Shown piece by piece: positions 17,770-24,218 of a stretch of 32,000 nucleotides of DNA (its first letter is position 1; every line of letters begins with the position of its first letter). Position numbers and translations under genes: made by a program. Below the pieces are notes generated by a model. That model was given only the letters and a program-made list of their open reading frames with translations, searched no databases and was not told the origin of the DNA. Origin of the DNA: Ignicoccus pacificus DSM 13166 (GTDB taxonomy: Archaea; Thermoproteota; Thermoprotei_A; Sulfolobales; Ignicoccaceae); contig CP006868.1 of the NCBI GenBank assembly GCA_025340205.1, positions 810,001-842,000 of the forward strand, read 5' to 3'.

Positions 17770-17838
17770 ATATCCAAATGTTACATCGTTTCCTTCTTAC
17801 TCATCCTTCTTCAACTATAGAGAGTTGGGGATTGTGAG

Positions 17839-18231
17839 ATGTGTGGACCTCTATACCCGGCAGAGGCTGTTGTGATAATACAGTCAAAACATGATGATCA
17901 CTTCTGGATGGTAACTTCTGGTGGCGAGGTCAAGAAGATGACATTTGATGACGTAATAAAGGAGGTCGAAGGATGCTATAATAGTCTAAAGGTATCGTTC
18001 TGTCCAGAAAAAGGGAAGATGTTAATATGGAGTAGAAACGGAAGGGCTGCAATAGGAGTCATCAACGCCGATCTATTCGACCCTCATCTATGGTGTAACT
18101 TGGAGAGATTTGCTGCATTGGTTAACTCAAGGCTACCAGAACCCATCTTACCCTCAGACATCGAGGCTGCGAAAGCTGAGATTGCTTGGAGTTTAGGCTC
18201 CAACAAACCCGAGATCCCTATCGAAGCTTGA
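17839..18231 (+). CDS. hypothetical protein (130 aa), possibly co-transcribed with the downstream AOR gene
   Basis: Clean ATG ORF with a 40-nt gap to the AOR gene on the same strand. I recognise no motif (MCGPLYPAEAVVIIQSKHDDHFWMVTSGGEVKK...). Confidence 0.5.
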   Translation: MCGPLYPAEAVVIIQSKHDDHFWMVTSGGEVKKMTFDDVIKEVEGCYNSLKVSFCPEKGKMLIWSRNGRAAIGVINADLFDPHLWCNLERFAALVNSRLPEPILPSDIEAAKAEIAWSLGSNKPEIPIEA

Positions 18232-18271
18232 CCTTTTTGACACCGTATTACATCCTTCATATGGGATTGAC

Positions 18272-20071
18272 ATGAATATTAAAGTTCTAAGGATAAATTT
18301 GAGTAAAGAGAAGTTTGACAAGATAACGCTTGATGAAAGGACTTCAAGACTCTTCATGGGAGGGAAAGGTATTTGTACATACTTGATCTATAAGTATTCT
18401 TCTCCACTAATAGATCCCTTCTCCAAGGATAACGTAGCGGTTATCGCTAGCGGAGCTCTTGCAGGCTATGCTCCGGGATCGGGAAAGACTTGTTTTGGTG
18501 CTGTCTCACCCTTAACGGGCCTTATTCACGACTCTTATGCCGGCGAAGTACTGGGTCCAAAGCTCAAAATGGCCGGCTTCGACGCGATAATGATAGAGGG
18601 TAAGGCATCTGAACCCAAGTATTTGTTAATAGAAAACGAAAACTATGAGTTATTAGATGCAACCGAACTATGGGGACGTAATATAAAGGAGACAACAGAT
18701 GTCCTTAAGGAACGTCATGGAAGAAAGGCCAGTGTGGCTGCCATAGGTCCCGCAGCTGAAAATAGAGTTAGATATGCCTCAATAATAGTGGATTACCATA
18801 GAGCTGCAGGAAGGGGTGGAGTAGGCGCCGTTTGGGGTTCAAAGGGCTTAAAGGCAATAGTGGTAAAGGGGTATTCACCCTTACCAGAACCCGCTAAAGG
18901 TAGGGAAGCGTGGAGGGAACTTGTGAAGAAACTTTACGATAGATTAGGTAGGACCTCTAAGTTCCGTAAATATGGGACGAACAACGGTCTTGTAACGGCT
19001 GATATGCTAGGTATGGCACCCCACTACAACTTCAGATTACCCCATCGCGGTGATGTAGGTGAGCTCAAAGGTGATATAATCATTCAGAAGGCCACTGATA
19101 TTCATAGCCTTGACCCTTCTACCTATGGTTACATGTGTCCCGTGAAGTGTCCCAAAGTAATAAACGGAATTAAGAGCGAATATGAACACTTAGGAATGCT
19201 TGGGGCAGCTGATGGAATATACAAGCTTGATGACGTCTTGAAGGCGATAGACCTTGTTGACAAACTAGGTATTGATAGCATTTCGGCTGGCAACGTAATT
19301 GGATGGTTAATGGAGTCTGTTGAGAAAGGTCTGATCGAAGGACCTAGGTGGGGTGATGGGGAGGCACAAAGAAGGCTCCTAGAAATGATAGCTAAGAGAC
19401 AAGGTATTGGGGCGATACTGGCGGAGGGCGTTAAGAGAGCTTCGGAGATCTTAAACTTTGGGAAGGAGTGGGCGGTTCATGTCAAAGGTCTTGAGGCCCC
19501 TGCTTGGGATCCCAGAGGCCTACTCGGATTCGGCTTAAGCTACGCTACTGCGGATGTAGGTGCTAGCCACTTGAGAGGTTGGCCATCGCCTCACAGACCA
19601 CCGAATAGACCTGTTGTGGAAGCTATCGACTCGCTAATAGCAGGAAGAGATCAAACAAGTGTGACGGATCATATGGGGACTTGTGTATTCCTACCTTATA
19701 CACTTGGAGATTACGCGGCATTGCTTAACATAGTGTATGCTTGGGAGGTCGACGTAGAAGAGCTCAAGATGCTCTCATGGAGGACGGAGAGCTTAGCGAG
19801 ACTTTGGACACTCAGAGCTGGATACAGAAGAGGTGACGATACCGTCCCGCCTAGATGGATGGAACCATCACCTTCTGGACCAGCTAAGGGCCTCAAAGCC
19901 TTCTTAGACTGGGATGATTTAGAGAGGGGCAAAACAGAATACTATAAGAGGAGAGGTTGGAGTCCCAGACATGGTATACCTCTACCTTCTACACTTAGGA
20001 AATTGGAACTGGATTTCGCTATGAAGGATGCAGAGTACTTGATCGAGCACCTTGAACCAGAACTACTTTGA
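18272..20071 (+). CDS. aor: aldehyde:ferredoxin oxidoreductase family (tungstopterin) enzyme
   Basis: 599 aa. The N-terminal domain (KVLRINLSKEKF...GGKGICTYLIY) and the core segments GRGGVGAVWGSKGLKAIVV, EAPAWDPRG and ATADVGASHLRG are characteristic of the AOR family. The Fe-S region reads GYMCPVKCPKV plus the distal MGTCVFL. Confidence 0.85.
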   Translation: MNIKVLRINLSKEKFDKITLDERTSRLFMGGKGICTYLIYKYSSPLIDPFSKDNVAVIASGALAGYAPGSGKTCFGAVSPLTGLIHDSYAGEVLGPKLKMAGFDAIMIEGKASEPKYLLIENENYELLDATELWGRNIKETTDVLKERHGRKASVAAIGPAAENRVRYASIIVDYHRAAGRGGVGAVWGSKGLKAIVVKGYSPLPEPAKGREAWRELVKKLYDRLGRTSKFRKYGTNNGLVTADMLGMAPHYNFRLPHRGDVGELKGDIIIQKATDIHSLDPSTYGYMCPVKCPKVINGIKSEYEHLGMLGAADGIYKLDDVLKAIDLVDKLGIDSISAGNVIGWLMESVEKGLIEGPRWGDGEAQRRLLEMIAKRQGIGAILAEGVKRASEILNFGKEWAVHVKGLEAPAWDPRGLLGFGLSYATADVGASHLRGWPSPHRPPNRPVVEAIDSLIAGRDQTSVTDHMGTCVFLPYTLGDYAALLNIVYAWEVDVEELKMLSWRTESLARLWTLRAGYRRGDDTVPPRWMEPSPSGPAKGLKAFLDWDDLERGKTEYYKRRGWSPRHGIPLPSTLRKLELDFAMKDAEYLIEHLEPELL

Positions 20072-20098
20072 TAACACCGACCCCGTGTCTTCCTGTGT

Positions 20099-20508
20099 AT
20101 CCCACTTCTTTCCCACACATGGAGGGTCCTCCTTAGTTACAACTCAGCTTGGAGTGGTATTACATTGATACTCTCACCAGGTTTGTTTCCTCTGGAAGGG
20201 CTCTGACTATGATACCCCTCTGAAGTTTTGTATAATTTAGTTTTTCAAGAGATGGTTTTCTAGAAATCAATACAAAAAGAAAGTTACAATTATCAACATT
20301 GGAATCTGGGTTAAGGAACTAAGATAAAGATAATTGAAAGAATCTAAGAGGCAGCATCAAGGATGAGAGGTCTTCTTGTTGGAGTTGAAAGAAGGTAGTG
20401 ATGATATTGTAATAATACATCTGAGAGGAGAGCCTCAGAAAAACATCTAACATCGCAATCACAAAGTTGAGTAGGAATAAAGTGGGAACCAGTGGAAATA
20501 AGGGGGTC
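20099..20508. other. candidate chromosomal replication origin (ORB-like inverted repeats flanking an A+T-rich core)
   Basis: This is the largest ORF-free gap in the window. The boxes are: + strand CCAGTGGAAATAAGGGGG (20489-20506); tandem degenerate copy GAGTAGGAATAAAGTGGG (20469-20486); inverted copy GTGTGGGAAAGAAGTGGG (reverse complement of 20101-20118, 14/18 identical to the 20469 copy); weaker copy GGAGTTGAAAGAAGG (20381-20395); and dyad TTCCAGAGGAAAC (reverse complement within 20185-20200). The stretch at about 20221-20345 between them is A+T-rich. Confidence 0.45.
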
Positions 20509-20573
20509 TATAATATTTGAGTAGCACATAGCCTTAAATGGCACATAATGAAGATATTTAATAGGTGGCGTAA

Positions 20574-21017
20574 GTGGACGAGGAAGTAAAGCGTGAAGTG
20601 GTTGAAGAGACCCAAGAGGAAGTCATCGAGCATCTTGAGAAACTCTATGAAGACGATGAGATAGTGGTCTTGGCAGCTCCTGACGATGCTGAGCTAGAGA
20701 GGCTAATACTGAATATTTTAAAAGAAAAGAGAATGAAGTTTAAGGAACTGAAAGAGGCATTTTCAGCGACTGCAGGTGAGGATAGGCTGAGAAGGGCTTT
20801 GTTGAAGCTTATGGAAGAGGGCAGAGTATACGAACTCCCTGATGGTTCATATACAGCAAACATCGAGGATCTAGAAGCTTTCAGAGAAGCTGCTTTACCC
20901 GAGGCCGTCGAAGCAGCTGATGAGTTCGAGGAGGCAATAGAAGAAATCGAAGAAGAAAACGAGGAGTTCGAAGATTTCGAGGATATAGAAGATATTGAAG
21001 ATTTAGATGAACTCTAA
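20574..21017 (+). CDS. small winged-helix-like protein with an extremely acidic C-terminal tail
   Basis: GTG start with a TATA-like ATATTTAATA at 20553-20562. The central segment LERLILNILKEKRMKFKELKEAFSATAGEDRLRRALLKLMEEGRVYELPDGSY has the helix-turn-helix plus beta-wing pattern of wH domains. The last 45 aa are almost entirely D/E/I/F (EFEEAIEEIEEENEEFEDFEDIEDIEDLDEL). Confidence 0.6.
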   Translation: MDEEVKREVVEETQEEVIEHLEKLYEDDEIVVLAAPDDAELERLILNILKEKRMKFKELKEAFSATAGEDRLRRALLKLMEEGRVYELPDGSYTANIEDLEAFREAALPEAVEAADEFEEAIEEIEEENEEFEDFEDIEDIEDLDEL

Positions 21018-21022
21018 AGTAC

Positions 21023-21418
21023 TCATTCTTCCATACTCTTAATTTCTTCAAGTCTCCTCTTGATAATCGATGCTAGCTCTTCTCCATAATATTTCTTTAT
21101 CTCCTCTATAAGGTCCTCAACGACTCTTTCGTGTTGTTTAAGTAACCGTAGAACTTCCCCGAACTCTTTACTTTCAAAGAACTTCTTCAAGTTCTCCGTA
21201 GGGTCTGGATTTTCAAATGAGCTGAACTTGAATTTATTTTCAGCTACCCAGACCATCTTCCTTAGTTCTGATACATTCCTTGGTTCTAATTCGTCTTGGT
21301 GTTTGGCTAAGATGACGTTGAATATTTGCCTCAAGAAGTCAGGCTTCCTAGTCATAGTCGTTCCCCATACAGGCCTCCTTTCATCCCTATTGAGGTCTAG
21401 CCCGGATTCTTCGGACAT
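21023..21418 (-). CDS. hypothetical protein (131 aa, predicted helical)
   Basis: ATG ORF, same strand as the small AbrB-like gene and 54 nt downstream of it. It has no recognisable motif and a charged helical C-terminus. Confidence 0.5.
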   Translation of the reverse strand: MSEESGLDLNRDERRPVWGTTMTRKPDFLRQIFNVILAKHQDELEPRNVSELRKMVWVAENKFKFSSFENPDPTENLKKFFESKEFGEVLRLLKQHERVVEDLIEEIKKYYGEELASIIKRRLEEIKSMEE

Positions 21419-21472
21419 CCTCAGGATATGGAAAAGAGAAAAACGTAATAATATATGAGATGAGAAACGTGA

Positions 21473-21709
21473 TTACTGTTGTTCCTCTTGCTTCTGCTCC
21501 TTCTGTTCAGCGAGCTTCTTGGGATAGGCCCTTATCTCCCCAGTTTCGGGATTTATCTCAAGAATGTAATCTCTATCATACCTCTCTACGATGTGTTTTG
21601 GTATATAGATGTTGAGAGGCAAAGTGTAGTAGGTATACTTGTACTCTTTGTTGTTCACGATTTTCCTACCAAGAACCTCTCTGACCTTCACTTGCCTCCT
21701 TCTTACCAT
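21473..21709 (-). CDS. small basic protein, possible AbrB/SpoVT-like swapped-hairpin DNA-binding domain
   Basis: 78 aa. YYTLPLNIYIPKHIVERYDRDYILEINPETGEIRAYP resembles the (x)-hIPk-x-h-x4-h-x3-D-x-h-x-h pattern of SpoVT/AbrB domains. The N-terminus is basic and the tail is Q/E/K-rich. A TATA-like TTATTTTTAAATC lies about 40 nt upstream on the - strand. Confidence 0.45.
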   Translation of the reverse strand: MVRRRQVKVREVLGRKIVNNKEYKYTYYTLPLNIYIPKHIVERYDRDYILEINPETGEIRAYPKKLAEQKEQKQEEQQ

Positions 21710-21811
21710 CCTTTCTACCCCTTAGTGCTACAAAAAAGAGATTTAAAAATAATGTGTGAAAACAACCACAAGTAATACGCGAGATCGCTCAACCCATATG
21801 AAATAGCACAT

Positions 21812-23182
21812 TTATTTAGAACGACGTTTGTACTGAAAAGTTTCATTAAGCTTTTTAGTCTGTAGCTCTTCTCTTAGTTTAGACATACAAGAGTATAGGA
21901 GTTTGAGCGCTTTGGGATGAGTGACTGGAGGTTTATGGGATTTCATCTCCTCATCGTATTCCTCTGGAGGAATGCAAGGTATGCATGAGAGACCGAGTTC
22001 CTTACATGCTTCCATAACGGCTTTGAAGCTTTCACTATCAGGTTTCAGATATACGGCAATTATCTTGTACTTATGAGCGTGCGCTTTCAAGAACCTTCTT
22101 ACTCTTTCTCTTATTACGTCTACGTAGAGTTTCTTTATCTCTTCAGTTTCTTCCCACTCGGGCCAATCATAGCTATTAAATGGATAATCGTTAGCGAATT
22201 CTTCCGGAATGACGCCAGGCGAACTAATGGCAACTAGGTGCGTTCTCCTCCTCATACCGACCCTTCTTAGAACATTGAGAATAGCTTTCCAAGTTTTGCT
22301 CTTATAATATGGTTTCCTGTAGGAGCAAGGAACGAAGAGCAAGACATCCTTTTTCGGAGGCTCATAGAAGTTAGTGAGGTATTCCATCCAGACTTCGTAA
22401 TAAGGATGTAAGAGGGTCTCCTCATTAGCTCCAATAATTTTCTTCCTTAGATATTTGGGAAACTTAGGTTTAAAGGCGAAGTTATTGAACTCTATTTGTA
22501 CTCTTGGGTCCCGAAGGTAGGGTGTGATTACTTCTATGAATTCGTTGTAAGGTAATGGGTGCCATTCACCTCTAATCCATTTTATGAAGAGTGGACTCTC
22601 GGAGTGAGGATAAGTATTTATTATGACTACCTCATCGGAGTACTTGAGTGCAATTTCCATAGTCTTTGGAAACAACTTTTTCCAATTGGGTACCGGAGGA
22701 TTTACGAGGACATATGTTTTCACCTTTACGCCTAGGTTACGTAGCATCAGCGTAATTGAGATAAACTTTTCTACAGTCATCGCGGGGTACTTACCCAACT
22801 CCTTTAACGCTTCGTTGTCAGCAACTTCCAGCCCTAACGCTACTATCAACTCATAGGATCTATTGAGAAATGGCTGAAGCCTCTCATATGTAATATAATC
22901 TGGTAGACTCTCTACCTGGAGCTCAACCGTGCACGTTCTATCAATTTTCTCAGCTAACCAAAGTTGAAAATACCTAGGAAACTGAGATTCATCAAATATG
23001 CTTCCTGAAGTATATATCTTCAACCTCTTTGGAGGTGGGGAGAGAGCCTTTTCTACCTTCCTCATAAGATTTTCTATACTATCCTTCCCGGTCCTCTTCC
23101 CCCATCCACACATAACACAACGTCCCCAGGAACACTTGCCTACGTTGGCGACGACACTCCTCTCTCTTACGTGCCAGCACAT
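21812..23182 (-). CDS. fusion protein: RaSEA-like radical SAM domain (N-terminal) plus ArcS-type DUF5591 domain (C-terminal); probable archaeosine biosynthesis enzyme
   Basis: The N-terminus has GKCSWGRCVMCGW (a Cys cluster of the TIGR01210/RaSEA type) and a TIM-barrel-like core. The C-terminal half contains VPCSYRKPYYKSKTW (nt 22289-22333), matching the ArcS motif PC-x3-KPY-x2-S-x2-H except for the last position (W). I chose the ATG at 23182 (MCWHVRERS...) because a TATA-like CTTTATTTCC lies about 30 nt upstream. The tracked start at 23269 adds 29 poorly plausible codons. Confidence 0.6.
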   Translation of the reverse strand: MCWHVRERSVVANVGKCSWGRCVMCGWGKRTGKDSIENLMRKVEKALSPPPKRLKIYTSGSIFDESQFPRYFQLWLAEKIDRTCTVELQVESLPDYITYERLQPFLNRSYELIVALGLEVADNEALKELGKYPAMTVEKFISITLMLRNLGVKVKTYVLVNPPVPNWKKLFPKTMEIALKYSDEVVIINTYPHSESPLFIKWIRGEWHPLPYNEFIEVITPYLRDPRVQIEFNNFAFKPKFPKYLRKKIIGANEETLLHPYYEVWMEYLTNFYEPPKKDVLLFVPCSYRKPYYKSKTWKAILNVLRRVGMRRRTHLVAISSPGVIPEEFANDYPFNSYDWPEWEETEEIKKLYVDVIRERVRRFLKAHAHKYKIIAVYLKPDSESFKAVMEACKELGLSCIPCIPPEEYDEEMKSHKPPVTHPKALKLLYSCMSKLREELQTKKLNETFQYKRRSK

Positions 23183-23236
23183 AATATTTTGCCCTAACCC
23201 CCTTTCCCCGGGGAAATAAAGGCTGAGGTGGGACGT

Positions 23237-23458
23237 ATGGACCCAAAGAAAATCCCATTGAAATCTCAAGATATTTTGATAATAATGATAGTGGTAATAG
23301 TGATACTATGGACGTTTGGGCTAAATGTTATACCGTATACAATTCTAACTTGGATAACCACGGCATTTATGGTATTCATGATGACACTAGCTTTGATAGC
23401 TCCTACGGGCGATGAGGAAGAAGAAAAAGCTGAAAAAGGCGAAGAGAAGGCCCCATAA
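23237..23458 (+). CDS. possible small membrane protein (two TM helices, acidic tail)
   Basis: MDPKKIPLKSQDILIIMIVVIVILWTFGLNVIPYTILTWITTAFMVFMMTLALIAP then GDEEEEKAEKGEEKAP. The hydrophobic pattern is plausible. However, the ORF ends 1 nt before tRNA-Pro and I recognise no family. The alternative start is GTG 23228. Confidence 0.3.
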   Translation: MDPKKIPLKSQDILIIMIVVIVILWTFGLNVIPYTILTWITTAFMVFMMTLALIAPTGDEEEEKAEKGEEKAP

Positions 23459-23459
23459 T

Positions 23460-23533
23460 GGGGCCGTCGTCTAGCTTGGTAGGATGCGGGGCTTGGGCCC
23501 CCGTGGTCCGGGGTTCAAATCCCCGCGGCCCCA
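23460..23533 (+). tRNA. tRNA-Pro (anticodon UGG)
   Basis: The cloverleaf was read by hand. Acceptor GGGGCCG/CGGCCCC. D arm GTCT-AGCTTGGT-AGGA. Anticodon stem CGGGG/CCCCG with loop CTTGGGC (anticodon TGG). Variable loop TGGTC. T arm CGGGG-TTCAAAT-CCCCG. Discriminator A. No intron, and CCA is not encoded. Confidence 0.93.
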
Positions 23534-23697
23534 CTAGATATTCGTAACTACCCTCTTCTGAGGTAATAGTAAAAACAGATAAGTAGAAAATTGGTTCGGT
23601 GAAATACATAGATGCTTGCAAAATTAAACTAGGAAACGACACATGCAGCAGATACTCTATACGTAGAAGTTTGAATCCTAGGTTCTAAAAACAAGAC

Positions 23698-23973
23698 TTA
23701 GTAGGACAATCTGTGAACAGTTTCTATCTCTACTTCACTAACTCCTTCAACGTTCTTCAGTATCTCCTCTAGTTTGCTAGTCCCGCCCTCAGTTTCCTCA
23801 GGCATGGTTATGTAGAGCTTGAGTAAGTTCAAACCGAAAGCCACAGGTATCCTTTCATGCTTGGCAACCTCGTATCCTTCCGGAAGAGCCTTCTTTATGT
23901 CCTCTAAGAGCTCATTTAGATCCTTCTCGACGCTTTCAGGGTATACCTTAGTAACGACCAATACTTTTACCAT
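23698..23973 (-). CDS. translation elongation factor aEF-1 beta
   Basis: MVKVLVVTKVYPESVEKDLNELLEDIKKALPEGYEV...PVAFGLNLLKLYITMPEETEGGTSKLEEILKNVEGVSEVEIETVHRLSY aligns along its length with crenarchaeal aEF-1beta as I remember it. The ATG at 23973 is preceded by GGTGA. The tracked ATG at 24003 would overlap the upstream Zn-ribbon gene. Confidence 0.88.
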   Translation of the reverse strand: MVKVLVVTKVYPESVEKDLNELLEDIKKALPEGYEVAKHERIPVAFGLNLLKLYITMPEETEGGTSKLEEILKNVEGVSEVEIETVHRLSY

Positions 23974-23983
23974 AGTACTCACC

Positions 23984-24160
23984 TCATGGTCCTTCGAATC
24001 CACACTTGGGGCATTTATAGGGCTTAGTCTGCTTCCTGCAGCTAGGGCACCTCCATATCACTACCTCGCCACAATTAGGACACTTGAAGCTTACGCCTAC
24101 CTCCTTACCCTTAGGTACCACAAGTCTGTTGCAACTGGTGCATATCGGCGGTCGCGCCAT
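23984..24160 (-). CDS. Zn-ribbon protein (COG2888-type, commonly encoded upstream of aEF-1 beta)
   Basis: These are the last 58 codons of the tracked 187-aa ORF: [58 protein letters not shown], with four CxxC pairs. The upstream 129 codons are Ser/Leu-rich, antisense to the CYTH gene, and not credible. Confidence 0.75.
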   Translation of the reverse strand: MARPPICTSCNRLVVPKGKEVGVSFKCPNCGEVVIWRCPSCRKQTKPYKCPKCGFEGP

Positions 24161-24218
24161 CTCCTCTTGTTCAACCCTCAAGCTCACGACTTCCGCACCC
24201 GCTGGCCTCCTTCGCTGA

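Noticed and set aside
20398-20424. C/D-box-like GTGATGA ... CTGA inside the long intergenic gap.
   Set aside because: The spacing is 16 nt, and there is no C' box and no terminal D box within a plausible distance. The guide would be almost pure A/T (TATTGTAATAATACAT).
21023-21418. Possibility that the 131-aa ORF is a VapC/PIN toxin paired with the AbrB-like gene.
   Set aside because: It lacks the N-terminal hydrophobic-D-(T/S) start and the conserved acidic residues of PIN domains. It looks all-helical with a charged C-terminus. I kept it only as a low-interest unknown pair.
23378-23433. C/D-box-like arrangement ATGATGA ... ATGAGGA-11 nt-CTGA, 26 nt upstream of tRNA-Pro.
   Set aside because: There is no acceptable D' box (TAGC or TTGA at the wrong spacing). 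The D guide would be AGAAGAAAAAG, which is implausible against G+C-rich rRNA. The motif also falls inside a plausible small membrane-protein ORF whose acidic tail explains the GAA/GAG runs.
23449-23465. Perfect 8-bp inverted repeat GGCCCCAT-A-ATGGGGCC joining the tRNA-Pro leader to its 5' acceptor strand.
   Set aside because: The leader copy resembles the tRNA's own 3' acceptor strand over only 7-8 nt. That is too short to argue for an integration scar or a regulatory structure without comparative data. I found no second copy of the tRNA 3' half elsewhere in the window that would delimit an integrated element.
23403-23642. 79-aa ORF on the - strand.
   Set aside because: It runs antisense across tRNA-Pro (23460-23533), so it is an artefact of the G+C-rich tRNA sequence.
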